Of a stretch of DNA of 64,000 nucleotides, positions 1 to 11,250 are shown piece after piece (the stretch's first letter is position 1; every line of letters starts with the position of its first letter). Source of the DNA: an uncultured delta proteobacterium (GTDB lineage Bacteria > Myxococcota > Myxococcia > Myxococcales > Anaeromyxobacteraceae). The translations under genes and the position numbers were made by a program. Below the pieces are notes generated by a model. It searched no databases, had not been told where the DNA came from, and saw only the letters and a program-made list of their open reading frames with translations. The DNA lies in contig CAWJSR010000049.1 of the NCBI GenBank assembly GCA_963845515.1, forward strand, positions 64,001 to 128,000, read 5' to 3'.

Positions 1-2
1 CG

Positions 3-518
3 CCCGCGCCGGTCCTGTCCTCGGCACCCCCGGTCTCCGGGCCGCCGGTCGTCTTCGAGTTCAGCGACTACGAGTGCCCGTTCTGCGCCAAGGCGCACGA
101 GGAGCTGAAGGCGCTCCTCGCCACCCGGCCGGACATCACGCTGGTGAAGCGCCACTTCCCGCTCGACTCCTCCTGCAACCCCCTCATGAAGCGTCCCATG
201 CATCCGCGGGCGTGCGCGCTTGCGCGGGCCGCCATCTGCGCCGAGCAGCAGGGGCGCTTCACCGAGATGGACGACGCGCTCTTCGGGAACCAGCAGGCCA
301 GGCGTTCGGTGGAGGAGCTCGCCGGCAAGGTCGGGCTCGACGTGGCGCGCTTCCGTGCCTGCCTGGTCGACCCGGAGACGACCCGCCGCCTCTCCAGCGA
401 CGTCGCGACGGGCATCCAGATCGGGCTCGCGGCCACGCCGACCTACGTCGTGAACGGCGTCCAGTACACCGGCAGCCTGCCCGCGACGGCGCTGCCTCCC
501 CCAAGGCCGATTCCCTAG
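3..518 (+). CDS. DsbA/thioredoxin-fold protein (5'-truncated by window edge)
   Basis: The frame of ORF 144..518 extends to the window start and reads FEFSDYECPFCAKAH (CxxC), then KRHFPL and ATPTYVVNG (cis-Pro loop), typical of DsbA-like proteins. Confidence 0.85.
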   Translation, partial: PAPVLSSAPPVSGPPVVFEFSDYECPFCAKAHEELKALLATRPDITLVKRHFPLDSSCNPLMKRPMHPRACALARAAICAEQQGRFTEMDDALFGNQQARRSVEELAGKVGLDVARFRACLVDPETTRRLSSDVATGIQIGLAATPTYVVNGVQYTGSLPATALPPPRPIP

Positions 519-710
519 CAGGCCGCCTGCCACGTCGTCGCCGCCGTCGGCGAGGAAGGCGGCGCGCGAAGAGAGAAGCCGGGACCCCGCGTGAAGTATC
601 GGGCTGCCGAGCACGGCGCCCGATGACCGGGCGGCCGCGCTCGCGGTGAAGACGCACCTACGGACTCCACCCTTCAACGCCGATGCGGTGCATCGGCGGA
701 GGAAACCTGC

Positions 711-1535
711 ATGCAGACGTACAAGAGGCTTCTCCTGGCAGCAGCCGCGCTCGTCCTCGCCCCGCTGGCCGCGGAGGCGAAGTCGGGCTTCCTGACGACC
801 TTCGACGCCACCTACGGCACGGCCAACACCAGGCTCGACGCGTGCACCACGTGCCACGGGTCGACCAACTCGACCTTCAATCCGTACGGCGCCGCCGTCC
901 GGGCGAACATCGCCGCCGGGATCAGCGCGGCGCTGGCCGCCGTCGAGCCGCTCGACTCCGACGGTGACAAGTTCTCGAACGTCGACGAGATCGACGCGCT
1001 CACGCTCCCTGGCGACCGGACGAGCTACCCCGTCGTCGCGGCGACCGCCTGTCCCGACGCCGACCGTGATGGCTACGCGGTGTGCGACGGGGTCTGTGCG
1101 CTCCCCGCGGGCGCGCAGTGCGGGGACTGCAACGACGCGGCAGCGGCCGTGAACCCGGGCGTCACCGAGCTCTGCACCAACGCCATCGACGACAACTGTG
1201 ACGGCGCGATCGACGCGAAGGATCCGGTCTGCGCCGCTCCGGCACTCTCCGACTTCGACATCGCCTCGGTTCGGGCGACCGGCCGCACCGTCGTCGGGCG
1301 CAAGGCGACCTTCAAGGTCAACGTCGTCCAGGTCGTCGGCGGCGCGGCGTCCCTCGCCGTGCAGTACACGCAGGGCGGAGTGACCACCACGCTCGGCGAC
1401 GTCGCCGCGGTCCAGGCGGGCACGTACTCCTTCGCCCTCGTCCCGACGATGTCGGGCCCGGTGACCTGGAGCGCGGTGATCACCGATCAGGACCCCGACG
1501 CCGACGTCGCGACGGCCCTCACGACCGTCAAGTAG
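711..1535 (+). CDS. Secreted mono-heme c-type cytochrome with DxDGD loops, Cys-rich repeat and C-terminal Ig-like domain
   Basis: Signal peptide (LLLAAAALVLAPLAAEA), CTTCH, DSDGDKFSN, DADRDGY...DCND...VNPG..ELC.NAIDDNCDG motif, beta-rich C-terminus; GGAGG RBS upstream. Confidence 0.75.
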   Translation: MQTYKRLLLAAAALVLAPLAAEAKSGFLTTFDATYGTANTRLDACTTCHGSTNSTFNPYGAAVRANIAAGISAALAAVEPLDSDGDKFSNVDEIDALTLPGDRTSYPVVAATACPDADRDGYAVCDGVCALPAGAQCGDCNDAAAAVNPGVTELCTNAIDDNCDGAIDAKDPVCAAPALSDFDIASVRATGRTVVGRKATFKVNVVQVVGGAASLAVQYTQGGVTTTLGDVAAVQAGTYSFALVPTMSGPVTWSAVITDQDPDADVATALTTVK

Positions 1536-1542
1536 GCGATCC

Positions 1543-1575
1543 GGCAGCAGGCAGCAGGCAGCAGGCAGTGGCAGT
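1543..1575 (+). repeat. Short tandem repeat (GGCAGCA)x3 + (GGCAGT)x2
   Basis: Directly visible just downstream of the stop at 1535. Confidence 0.8.
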
Positions 1576-1577
1576 GG

Positions 1578-1615
1578 CGGGGCGGGCGCGCGGTCGCGCC
1601 CGCCCCGTCGTTCTT
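1578..1615 (+). terminator. Probable intrinsic terminator between convergent genes
   Basis: 13-bp perfect stem cggggcgggcgcg/cgcgcccgccccg followed by tcgttctt. Confidence 0.65.
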
Positions 1616-1634
1616 CGGGGGCAGGGCCGGCCCG

Positions 1635-4202
1635 CTACTCGAGCGCAGCCCTCGCCCTCGTCCGCGGCGCGTCGGCGTGGCGGCGCTCGACGTGGAAGGA
1701 GCCGACCATCGCGGCGAGATCCTCGGCCTGCGCCGACAGCTCGGCGGCGGCCGAGCTCGACTCCTCGGCGCTCGCCGCGTTCTGCTGGGTGACGCGATCC
1801 ACCGCGTCCACGTTTCGCCGGACGCCGCCGATCGCCTCGACCTGGGCGCGGGCCGCCTCGTCGATGCGTCCGACGAGCGAGGTCGCCTGGGCGACCGCCG
1901 CGGCGATGTCGACGAGGGTCGACGCCACCTGGCGGCTGGTCGACTCCCCCTCCACGACCTGGCGGACCGACTCGCGGATCAGCCCCTCGGTGCGCGCCGC
2001 CGCCGCCTTCGAGCGGAGCGCGAGCGAGCGGACCTCCTCCGCGACGACGGCGAAGCCGCGCCCCGCCTCCCCTGCGCGGGCCGCCTCCACCGCCGCGTTG
2101 AGGGCCAGCAGGTTCGTCTGGAACGCGATCTCGCTCATGTCCTTGAGGATGAGGCTGGTCCCCTCCGCCGCCTGACGGATGCGGGTCATCGTGCCGGTCA
2201 TCCGCTCGACCGACGCCGCGCCGCCGTTCGCCGCGCCGTCGGCGGCCTTCGTCCGGGCGGCGGCCTCGCGGGCAGCCGCGGCCGACTGCTCCGCCTTCGC
2301 GGCGATCCCCTCCAGCTCGCTGCTCGTGCGCTCCACCGCGTGCGCCTGCGCCTGGGCGCCGTCGGCCACCGCGTGGGCGCCGGCGGCGATCTGCTCCGAC
2401 GCGCGCGCCACGCCGTCGACGGCGTCCGCAACCTGGCGCAGCGCGTCCTGCAGCGCCCCGGCGGTGGCGTTGATGGCCATCGCGAGCCGCGCGTGGTCCC
2501 CCCGCCAGTCGCTACGTGCGCGCACCGAGAGGTCGCGCCGCGCGATCCCCTCGAGCACGTGCGTGGCCTCCTCCACCGGCGCGACCACGGCATCGAGCGT
2601 CCCGTTGAGCCCCTCGATGACCCCCGCCCAGTCGCCGCTGTACTTGTGCACGTCGACGCGCTCGCCGAGCCGCCCCTCCACCGCCGCCTGCGTCAGCGCC
2701 CGCACGTCCGCGGCGATGGAGTGCAGGTTGCCGCGCAGGAGGTCGAGCCGCTGGTTGGCGATCGCCTGCTTGCCCGGGAGCGGATCGAGGACCGGCCCGA
2801 AGTCCCCGTGCGCGTACGCGCCGAGGATCTCCAGGATGCGCAGCAGGTTTCCCACGTGCATCGCCACGGCCTCGTTCACGCCCTCCGCCATCCGGCGGAA
2901 GATCCCGTGGAAGCGATCGGCGGCGATCACGGCGTCGAGGTCGCCGACCGCCTGCGCCTCCGTCATGGCCTCCATGCCCAGCACCACGCCCCCGATCGTC
3001 TCGCCGAGGTGGTCGAGGTTTCGCCGCAGCGGCTCGAAGTCGCCCTGCCACGGCGTCCCGATCGCCGGGGGCAGCTCGCCGCGGGCGAAGCCGTCGATCT
3101 GCTCGGCGGCGGCCCGCAGCGGCCGGATGATCCCGTCGAGGGTCGCGTTGAGCCCCTCCGCGACCTTGCGGAACTCGCCCCGGTGGTGCCCGGCGTCGAT
3201 CCGGGCGTCGAGCTTGCCCCGCTGCGCCGCGTCGGCGAGCCGCTGGACGCCATGGACCAGCGCCGAGACGGTGCCGATCGCGCGGTTGAGGGCGTCCCGC
3301 AGCTGGGCGCACTCCCCCACGCAGTCGCCCTCCAGCGGTGGCGGCATCTCGCCTCGGGCCAGCGCGCTCACGGCCTCCATCGTCTGCGTGAAGGGCTGCT
3401 GGAAGGACGCCATCGTGGCGTTGATCCCCTCGATCACCGGCCGGAAGGTCGGCCCGACGGAGTCCGGGTCGACCCGGGCCGAGAGCGAGCCCCGCGCGAC
3501 GGAGTCCGCGAGCCGCCGCGTCTCGGTCTTGAGCGCCCTGACCTGGCCGCGGACCGACAGCATGACGATGTACGCGGCCGCCCAGAGGAGGATCCCCACC
3601 ACCAGCGCGAACGCGCCGACCTGGACCATCTGGCCCCGGATGGCGTCCCCGACGTCGTCGAGGTAGAGCCCGGAGCCGAGGATCCAGCCCCACGGCGCGT
3701 AGACCTTCACGAAGGAGACCTTGGGGACCGGGTCCTCCGAGCCCGGGAGCGGCCACTCGTAGTCGACGAAGCCGCCCTCGGCCGAGGCCCGCACCGTGTT
3801 CACGAACTCCACGAAGAGCCGCTTCCCGTTCGGATCGCGGTAGTCGGTGAGCGGCTTGCCGTCCAGCTCGGGCATGAACGGATGCATCACCATCCGCGGC
3901 TCGAGGTCGTTCACCCAGACGTACTCGCGCCGCTCGTAACGCAGCGCCTTGAGCAGCCCGAGCGCCTCGCGCTTCGCGTCGGGCTCCGAGACCTCGCCGC
4001 CCGCGACCCGCTCGCCCTGCCGCTGCAGGATCCCGTAGGCGGTCTCCACGACGGCCCGGACCTTGGCCTTCCGGTCCGCCTTCATCTGCCGGTCGAGCAC
4101 CAGGACCGACTGGCCGGCGAGGGCGAGCAGGCAGGCGAGCCCGACGCCGATCACCAGGCGGAGCCGGGTCACGATCCTGAACGACTGGAGCCACTTCAAC
4201 AT
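1635..4202 (-). CDS. Methyl-accepting chemotaxis protein (single Cache sensor, poly-HAMP)
   Basis: TM-Cache ([15 protein letters not shown]...[11 protein letters not shown]...GFVDYEWP...[11 protein letters not shown])-TM, repeated HAMP units, [34 protein letters not shown] signalling hairpin. Start placed at MLKWLQ. Confidence 0.93.
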   Translation of the reverse strand: MLKWLQSFRIVTRLRLVIGVGLACLLALAGQSVLVLDRQMKADRKAKVRAVVETAYGILQRQGERVAGGEVSEPDAKREALGLLKALRYERREYVWVNDLEPRMVMHPFMPELDGKPLTDYRDPNGKRLFVEFVNTVRASAEGGFVDYEWPLPGSEDPVPKVSFVKVYAPWGWILGSGLYLDDVGDAIRGQMVQVGAFALVVGILLWAAAYIVMLSVRGQVRALKTETRRLADSVARGSLSARVDPDSVGPTFRPVIEGINATMASFQQPFTQTMEAVSALARGEMPPPLEGDCVGECAQLRDALNRAIGTVSALVHGVQRLADAAQRGKLDARIDAGHHRGEFRKVAEGLNATLDGIIRPLRAAAEQIDGFARGELPPAIGTPWQGDFEPLRRNLDHLGETIGGVVLGMEAMTEAQAVGDLDAVIAADRFHGIFRRMAEGVNEAVAMHVGNLLRILEILGAYAHGDFGPVLDPLPGKQAIANQRLDLLRGNLHSIAADVRALTQAAVEGRLGERVDVHKYSGDWAGVIEGLNGTLDAVVAPVEEATHVLEGIARRDLSVRARSDWRGDHARLAMAINATAGALQDALRQVADAVDGVARASEQIAAGAHAVADGAQAQAHAVERTSSELEGIAAKAEQSAAAAREAAARTKAADGAANGGAASVERMTGTMTRIRQAAEGTSLILKDMSEIAFQTNLLALNAAVEAARAGEAGRGFAVVAEEVRSLALRSKAAAARTEGLIRESVRQVVEGESTSRQVASTLVDIAAAVAQATSLVGRIDEAARAQVEAIGGVRRNVDAVDRVTQQNAASAEESSSAAAELSAQAEDLAAMVGSFHVERRHADAPRTRARAALE

Positions 4203-4305
4203 GAAGCCACTCCTCGCCAGCTCGCTGGCACCCCCGGGTCGAGGCGGGAGCCTACCACCTCGCGGGAGGGAGCGGATCGCCACGCGACCGCGCGCGGTGA
4301 GCGAG

Positions 4306-7015
4306 TCACGGACGGTGAAGCCGGACGGCGACGACCCGCTTGCGCACCTCCTCGGTCCAGAGGACGACGCTCCCGGCGGCGACGACGACGGCGAGATCGA
4401 CCGGCGGGAGGGGGACCGTGCGGAAGGCGCGCCCCAGCGGCTCCCAGTAGATGACGGCGAGCTGCAGGAGGACCGAGATCGCGAGGCCCCCCAGCAGCCA
4501 GGGGTTGCGGTGGAGCGGGTTGGCGAAGACGCTCCGCCGCTCGGAGCGGCAGTTCAACAGGTTGAACCACTCGCAGACGGCGAGCAGCGTGAAGGTGCCG
4601 GTGCGGACGCGGTCGAAGGGGAGCCCGAGCCGCAGCCCGATCGCGAAGTAGCCGAAGGTGACCAGCGAGATCGTCGCGCTCATGAGGAACATTCGCTGGA
4701 GCAGGCCGTCACCGAGGAGCTGGACCGACGGCCGGATCGGGGGCTGCTGCATCTCGTCCCCCTCGGCGGGCTCCATGCCCAGGTTGACCGTGATGGTCCC
4801 CTCGGTGACGACGTTGTTCCAGAGGATCTGCACGGCTGGGAAGGGCAGGGGATGGCCGAGGAGGAGCGCCGAGAGGAGCACCACGACCTCGGCCAGGCCC
4901 GTCGAGAGCAGCAGGAGCAACGCCTTTCGGACGTTGCGGTAGACGACGCGTCCCTCCGCCACCGCCTCGACGATCGTGGCGAAGTTGTCGTCGGTGACGA
5001 CGATGGCGGCCGCCTCCTTCGCCACCTCCGTCCCGGTGCGCCCCATCGCGACGCCGACGTCGGCGCGCACCAGCGCCGGCGCGTCGTTGACCCCGTCTCC
5101 CGTCATGGCCACGACCTGGCCGCGCCGCTGCAGCGCCTCGACGATCCGGAGCTTCTGGGACGGCGCGACGCGCGCGAAGACGGAGGTCTCGGCGACCGCC
5201 GCGGCCAGCTCGGCCTCCCCCAGCCGCTCCAGCTCCACGCCGTCGAGTGCCTTGCCTCCCCCGTCCACCATCCCGAGCGCCTCCGCCACGGCCAGCCCGG
5301 TGGCCCGGTGGTCGCCGGTTATCATCACCGCCCGGATGCCGGCGCTGCGGCACCGGGCGACCGCCTCGCGCGCCTCCGGTCGCGGCGGGTCGACCTGCCC
5401 CACGAGCCCGACCAGGGTGAGCCTCCCGTCGAGGACCTCGAAGCCGCGGCCGTCGACCGGCAGCGCGTCCGCCTCGGCGAAGGCGAGCACCCGCAGGGCG
5501 TCCCCCGCCATGCGGTCCGCCGCCGCCTGGACCGCCTCCCTCGCGACGTCGTCCAGCGGCCTGCGCGCATCGCCATGGCGGAGCGAGGCGCAGAGCGGGA
5601 GCAGCGCCTCGGTCGCCCCCTTCACCAGCGTCCGCCCACCGCCCGGCCCGCCGTGGACCGTGACCATGAGCCGGGCGCCGGCGTCGAAGGGGATCTCGCC
5701 CGTGCGCTGGTGGAGGAGGCGGAGCGCCTCGGGATCGATCCCGCCCTTGCGCGCCAGGGAGAGGAGCGCGGCCTCGGTGGGATCGCCGAGCGCGCGCCAG
5801 CGGGGATCGTCCTCGCCGGGCGGGACGAGGGCGGCGTCGTTGCAGAGCGCCGAGGCCTCGAGGAGCGCACGCAGGGACGGATCGCCGTCGGCGGATCTCG
5901 GCTCGCCGTCCTCCAGGATCCGCCCGACGGGCTCGTAGCCCACGCCCTCGACGTGGAGATCGCGGCCGGCGAGCCTCACGGCCACGGCGGTGTTCTCGCC
6001 GCGCGTGAGCGTCCCGGTCTTGTCGCTGCAGATCACCGTCGTGGAGCCCAGCGACTCGACCGCTGAGAGCCGCCGGACGATCGCGCCCCGCGCCGCCATG
6101 CGCTGCATGCCCGCCGCGAGCCCGACGGTCATCGCGACGGGGAGCCCCTCGGGCACCACCGAGACCAGCTGGCTCACGGCGACCATGAAGATCTCGGTGA
6201 GGGGGATCCCGCGCAGCAGGCCGACCGCGAAGACCAGCGCGAAGATCGCCAGCGCGAGGACGACCAGCACGCGGCCGAGGCGGGCGACGCGCCGCTCCAG
6301 CGGCGTAGGCGGCGTCTCGGTCGCGCGGGTCAGCGCCGCGATCCGGCCCAGCTCGGTGCCGACCCCGGTGGTGACGACGACCGCGCGCACCCGCCCCGCG
6401 GAGAGGTGCGTCCCCGCGTGGAGCATCGACCAGCGATCCCCCAGCTCCGATCCCTCGGGCGCTGCCTCGGCCCGCTTCTGCGCCGGCTGCGATTCACCGG
6501 TCAGGACGGCCTCCACGGCCTCCACCCTGCTCGCCTCGAGGATTCGCGCGTCGGCTGGCACGGCGTCGCCCGCGGCCGAGGACGAGCACGTCGCCGGGCA
6601 CCACCTCGCGGGCGGCCGCGTCCCGCACCTCCCCGTCGCGGAGCACGCGGGTGCGGAGCGCCGTCAGCCGCTGGAGCGCCCGCATCGAGCGCTCGGCGCG
6701 TCCCTCCTGGAAGGTGCCGATGAGCGCGTTGACCAGGAGGATGACGCCGATGACGATCGCGTCGGCCCGCTCGCCGACGGCGACCGCGATGGCCGCGGCG
6801 ACGACGAGCAGGTAGATGAGCGGGCTCGCGAACTGTCGCGCGAACACGGTCAGGAGCGAGGACCGCTTCCCCTCGGGCAGCTCGTTGGGCCCGTACCGCG
6901 CCAGGCGGCGGACCGCCTCCTCCCCCGTCAGCCCCACGGGCGTCGCGTCGAGCGCCGCCAGCGCCTGCGCGCCGTCGAGCGTGTGCCATGCCGCCTCCGC
7001 TGCTCGCTCCGTCAT
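4306..7015 (-). CDS. Cation-transporting P-type ATPase (type II, Ca2+-like); one frameshift near 6575
   Basis: [37 protein letters not shown] motifs; N-terminus ([11 protein letters not shown]...YGPNEL) lies in ORF 6494..7165. Confidence 0.92.
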
Positions 7016-7112
7016 CGGACCTCCAGCGTCGAACGTCCCGCCGATCCGGCGGCCGGTCAACGGCAGGACGTCGCCCCTCGCGGGACGCCGCGAATTCCCG
7101 TAACCTTCACCG

Positions 7113-8057
7113 ATGGACCGTCTCCTCCTGGTCGTAGCGCTGCTGTCCGCCGCCGCCTGCCGCACCGTCCCCGTGGTCGAAGCCCATGTGAACGTGGTGG
7201 CGCCACCACCGCTCGTCGCCGCGCACGCGCCGACGCCGCGGATCGCGCTCGTCCTCGGCGGCGGGGCGGCGCGAGGGTTCGCTCACGTCGGCGTCCTGCG
7301 GGCGCTGGAGCAGGAGAAGATCCCGGTCGATCTGGTCGTCGGCACGAGCGTCGGCAGCCTCATCGGCGCCCTCTACGCCGAGGACCGGAACAGCTTCGAG
7401 CTCGAGTGGACCGCCTTCCAGCTGGAGAAGGACGATCTCTTCGACTACGGCGTCATGAACGTGGTGACCGGGATGAGCTTCGCGGCCGGCGACCGGTTCG
7501 AGCGGTGGCTCACGGAGAAGTTCAAGGTGAAGAACATCGAGGACATGAAGGTCCCGTTCGCGGCGGTGGCGACCGACCTCAACTGGGGGACGAAGGTGGT
7601 GATCGATCGCGGCTCGGTGGCGCGCGCCGTGCGCGCCTCCAGCGCCATCCCCGGCGTCTTCCCCCCGGTCCAGCACATGGGGAAGATCCTGGTGGACGGC
7701 GGCGTGAGCGACAACATCCCCATCGCCGTCGCCCGGGAGAAGGGGGCGGACCTCGTGATCGCGGTCGACATCAGCGAGAACCTCGGGAACACCAACATCA
7801 AGAACGTGGTGGATGTCGTGCTCCAGGCGACCAACATCATGTTCGCCCTGAACGTCGAGCACTCGAAGCGGGGCGCGGACGTCCTGATCACGCCGAAGAT
7901 CGGCGACGTCGGTATGCTCGACTTCGGCCAGAAGAAGCGCTGCATGCAGGCCGGCATAGAGGCCGCGCGCGACGCGATCCCCGGGATCAGGAAGGCGATC
8001 GCGGAGTGGCAGGCGCGGAAGATGGCCGGGCTGCCGGCTGGCGTCCCGCGGGGTTAG
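7113..8057 (+). CDS. Patatin-like phospholipase, probable lipoprotein
   Basis: LGGGAARGFAHVG, GTSVG nucleophile, LVDGG catalytic Asp; N-terminal AAAC lipobox-like sequence. Confidence 0.9.
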   Translation: MDRLLLVVALLSAAACRTVPVVEAHVNVVAPPPLVAAHAPTPRIALVLGGGAARGFAHVGVLRALEQEKIPVDLVVGTSVGSLIGALYAEDRNSFELEWTAFQLEKDDLFDYGVMNVVTGMSFAAGDRFERWLTEKFKVKNIEDMKVPFAAVATDLNWGTKVVIDRGSVARAVRASSAIPGVFPPVQHMGKILVDGGVSDNIPIAVAREKGADLVIAVDISENLGNTNIKNVVDVVLQATNIMFALNVEHSKRGADVLITPKIGDVGMLDFGQKKRCMQAGIEAARDAIPGIRKAIAEWQARKMAGLPAGVPRG

Positions 8058-8065
8058 CGGCGGCG

Positions 8066-10171
8066 CTACTCCCCCGAGGTCCAGCGCTCGGGGCCGCCCG
8101 CCGCGGCCGGCTCCTGGAGGATCCGGCGCGCGGCGTCCACCGCCTCGTGCGAGCCAGCCAGCGCGAGGACGTCTCCCGTGGCGAGCCGCTCCTGCGCGCC
8201 CGGCGCGACGATCCCGGCCTCGCCGCGCGCGATGGCGAGGACCGTCGCGCCGGTCGTGCCGCGGAGGTCGAGCTGCGCCAGCGTCTTGCCGACGGCGGCG
8301 CTCCCCTCGCGCAGCCGGACGGGCACCGGCTCGCCGAGCCCCGGGAGGAGCCTGCGGACGCGGTCGAGCGACTCCCCCTCGGCGGCGGGGCGGCCGCTCC
8401 GCGCGCCCGAGGCGAGCGCCTCCGCGACGACGAGCGCGCCTGCGCGGACGTGCCCCTGGAGGTTGGCGGCGCTGCGCCAGAACGCGACCCCGAGGAGCAG
8501 GAGCACCGCGACGAGGGCGTACGCTCCCTCCGGCCCGCCGAGGAAGGGCTGGGTGACCGCGACCAGCGGGATCCCCACGAAGAGCAGCACGCCGATCTGC
8601 AGCGTCACGACCAGCGCGCGGCGCGGCGCGGCCGCGAGGTCGGGCGTCCCCTCGCGCGCCTGCGGCAGGGCGGCGATCGCGAGGGTCGCGCCGAGCCGCC
8701 GGGAGACCCGGATGACCCCGGCCGCGAACGGGGCCATCAGCAGCACGCCGGCCGCGACGACGATCGCCCTGGACGCCAGGCCCCCGACGCCGATGAGGGT
8801 CGCGAGCCGGGGCGCTGCCGCCCGGACCGCGACTGACGTCCCGATCACGATCGCGGCCACGACGCCGGCGTCGAGCGCCAGCGCCAGGGCGAGCCGCCGC
8901 ATGCGGGAGCCGTGGCTGGCGTGGTGCGGCGAGGAGCGGATCCGCTCGATCCAGCTGGCGTACAGGGTCCCGTAGGTCTGGAGCGCGCGGGGCATCCAGC
9001 GGTCGGTGGCGCGCGCGACGCCACCGGACCAGCGGATGAACCAGGGGGTGGTCAGCGTCGTGATCGCCGAGACGGCGACGACCACGGCGTAGAGGAAGTC
9101 GGAGGTCGCGCCGAGCGATCGCCCGAGGGCGGCGATGATGAAGGAGAACTCGCCGATCTGGGCCAGGGTCAGGCCGGCGGTGACCGAGGTCACCACGCCG
9201 TTGCCCGTTATGAAGGCGCCCGCCGCCACCCCCAGGATCTTGCCGACCAGCACCACGATCGTCAGCACGGCCACCGCCGGGAGCTGCCCCGCGACGAGGC
9301 GCGGATCGAGCTCCATCCCGACCGAGACGAAGAAGACGGCAGCGAAGACGTCGCGGACGGGCAGCACCAGCGGCTCGATCTTGTGGGCCTGGCCGGACTC
9401 CGCCACCAGCACGCCCGCGACGAAGGCGCCGAGCGCCGTGGAGTAACCGGCCGCGCGCGCGAGGAGCGCCGCGGCGAAGCAGAGGCCGATGCTCACGACG
9501 AGGGTCGTCTCGGGCCTGTCCAGGCGGACGACGGCGCGGACGAGGCGTGGAACCACCGCGATCCCGGCGGCCACGAGGGCCAGGAGGAACACGACCAGCT
9601 TCCCGACCGTCACCGCGACCTCGCCCGCGCCCGTCCCCGCGCCGGTGGCCACCGCGGTGAGGGTCGCGAGGAGCGCCACGGCGGCGACGTCCTCGGCGAG
9701 CAGGATCCCGATCACCAGGTCCCGCCTGGGCCCGCGGACCCCCTGCTCGTCGAAGGCCTTCGCGACGATGGTGGTCGAGGAGATCGCCACGACGCCCCCG
9801 GCGAAGAGGCACTCCACCACCGACCAGCCCATGGCCCTGCCGGCCGCGTAGCCGAGCAGGAGCATCAGGTTCACCTCGACGAGGGCGGTGAGGCCGGCGG
9901 TCGGGGCGATGGCGATGAGCTTGCGGAGGCTCAGGTCGAGCCCGAGCGCGAACATGAGCAGGATCACGCCCAGCTCGGACAGCGTCCGGACCACCTCGGC
10001 ATCGGCGACGAAGGCCAGGGCGAGGTTGGGCCCGACCAGCACCCCGGCGAGCACGTAGCCGAGCACCACGGGCAGCCGGAGGCGCTGGAACAGGACCGTG
10101 GTCACGGCCGCGACGCCGAGGACCACGGCGAGCGCTTCGAGCAGGTCGCGCGCGCCGTGCATCCCTGCCAT
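8066..10171 (-). CDS. CPA2 cation:proton antiporter with C-terminal TrkA-C (RCK_C) domain
   Basis: ELGVILLMFALGL, AISST, ILLAED, LGAFVAG, LAQIGEFSFII; C-terminal AVGKTLAQLDLRGTTGATVLAIAR. Confidence 0.9.
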   Translation of the reverse strand: MAGMHGARDLLEALAVVLGVAAVTTVLFQRLRLPVVLGYVLAGVLVGPNLALAFVADAEVVRTLSELGVILLMFALGLDLSLRKLIAIAPTAGLTALVEVNLMLLLGYAAGRAMGWSVVECLFAGGVVAISSTTIVAKAFDEQGVRGPRRDLVIGILLAEDVAAVALLATLTAVATGAGTGAGEVAVTVGKLVVFLLALVAAGIAVVPRLVRAVVRLDRPETTLVVSIGLCFAAALLARAAGYSTALGAFVAGVLVAESGQAHKIEPLVLPVRDVFAAVFFVSVGMELDPRLVAGQLPAVAVLTIVVLVGKILGVAAGAFITGNGVVTSVTAGLTLAQIGEFSFIIAALGRSLGATSDFLYAVVVAVSAITTLTTPWFIRWSGGVARATDRWMPRALQTYGTLYASWIERIRSSPHHASHGSRMRRLALALALDAGVVAAIVIGTSVAVRAAAPRLATLIGVGGLASRAIVVAAGVLLMAPFAAGVIRVSRRLGATLAIAALPQAREGTPDLAAAPRRALVVTLQIGVLLFVGIPLVAVTQPFLGGPEGAYALVAVLLLLGVAFWRSAANLQGHVRAGALVVAEALASGARSGRPAAEGESLDRVRRLLPGLGEPVPVRLREGSAAVGKTLAQLDLRGTTGATVLAIARGEAGIVAPGAQERLATGDVLALAGSHEAVDAARRILQEPAAAGGPERWTSGE

Positions 10172-10203
10172 TTACCACGGACGCGGCGCGCGCCGCGCCG
10201 CCC

Positions 10204-10761
10204 TCAGCGCGCGGCGGACGGGATGCCGAACACGTGGCGGAAGGGGTCGGCTCCGCCGGCGTCCTGAGCCGAGTCCGGATCGCCGATCCCGGGGAGGTAC
10301 TCCGGCTCCTCCACCAGGACGGTCGTCCGCTCGGCGACCTCGTAGGCCAGCTGGCCGATGCAGCCGGCGGCCTCCGCCCGGAGGGCGTCGACCTTCCCGC
10401 GCGCGATCTCGATCTTCGAGAACTCGATGTCGACCGACTCGTCGTGCGTCGCGACCGCCTCGGCCAGCGCCATGTCCGCGCGCTCGGCGACTGCGACCAG
10501 CACCTTCATGCGGGCGAGCTTCTCGTCCGCGCAGAGGAGCTTGACGAGGTCCCGCTCCAGGCGGGCGTCCTCGACGCGCGACAGGACCTCCTTGAGGGCG
10601 CGCCTGAGCTTGACGAGGTCCTCGGCAGCGCGGTCGAGGAGCGCGCTCGCCGCCTCCCTGGATCGCTCGTTGTGTGCCGTCAGCGGGGCGGGCGCGGAGC
10701 CAGGGGTGGCTGGCTGGGCGCCGGACAGGATCGCGAGGAGGGGGGCGAGCAAGGTCATCAT
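10204..10761 (-). CDS. Hypothetical secreted alpha-helical protein
   Basis: Signal-like N-terminus, coiled-coil body with two Cys (KLLCADEKL, AAGCIGQL); GC3-biased codons. Confidence 0.65.
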   Translation of the reverse strand: MMTLLAPLLAILSGAQPATPGSAPAPLTAHNERSREAASALLDRAAEDLVKLRRALKEVLSRVEDARLERDLVKLLCADEKLARMKVLVAVAERADMALAEAVATHDESVDIEFSKIEIARGKVDALRAEAAGCIGQLAYEVAERTTVLVEEPEYLPGIGDPDSAQDAGGADPFRHVFGIPSAAR

Positions 10762-10834
10762 GGGCTACCTCGATGACGTGGACATGATCATCCTCGGGCC
10801 GCTGCGCAACACACGCAAGGTCCCGGCCGGACCA

Positions 10835-11167
10835 TCAGTCGAATGCAGCGCCGCAGGAGGGGCAGCGGTGCGTCCGCTCCACCTCGGTGAGGTTGGGCTT
10901 CGACGCAGCCCCCGGCCGCTCGCCGCGCCGCCAGAGCGACGATCCGCAGGCGGGGCACCGCGGGACGATCAGCGCCAGCGCGAACAGGCCGAAGCCCAGC
11001 CCCGGGACGAACATCGCGACCGCGGCGCGGAGGTCGCGCGCCGCGATCCCGGCGAGCGCCGCAGCGCCGAGCGCGGTAGTGAACACCCAGGGCATGTAGC
11101 GGCGGACGGAGCGCGCCCGCTGCAGCTCGCGCTCGATCTGGTCGAAGGGGATCCGCTTCTTCATCAT
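10835..11167 (-). CDS. Small membrane protein with C-terminal zinc ribbon
   Basis: MMKKRIPFDQ..., two hydrophobic segments, CPAC...CPSC. Confidence 0.6.
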   Translation of the reverse strand: MMKKRIPFDQIERELQRARSVRRYMPWVFTTALGAAALAGIAARDLRAAVAMFVPGLGFGLFALALIVPRCPACGSSLWRRGERPGAASKPNLTEVERTHRCPSCGAAFD

Positions 11168-11250
11168 CGCGGCGGCGAGACTACCCCCCGCCGGCCGCGG
11201 ATTCCACGGGGTCGGCGCGGGGATGCGCGTGGTACCTTCCGTGCCTCCGC

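Noticed and set aside
1543..1575. Heptamer repeat as a CRISPR or contingency locus
   Set aside because: No spacers, only three units, and it lies in a 3' intergenic position.
1677..6066. Very long + strand ORFs (925 aa, 667 aa) and similar ones elsewhere, e.g. 21688..25734 and 51280..54351
   Set aside because: Arg/Gly/Pro-rich shadow frames of real genes, expected in high-GC DNA; no recognisable motifs.
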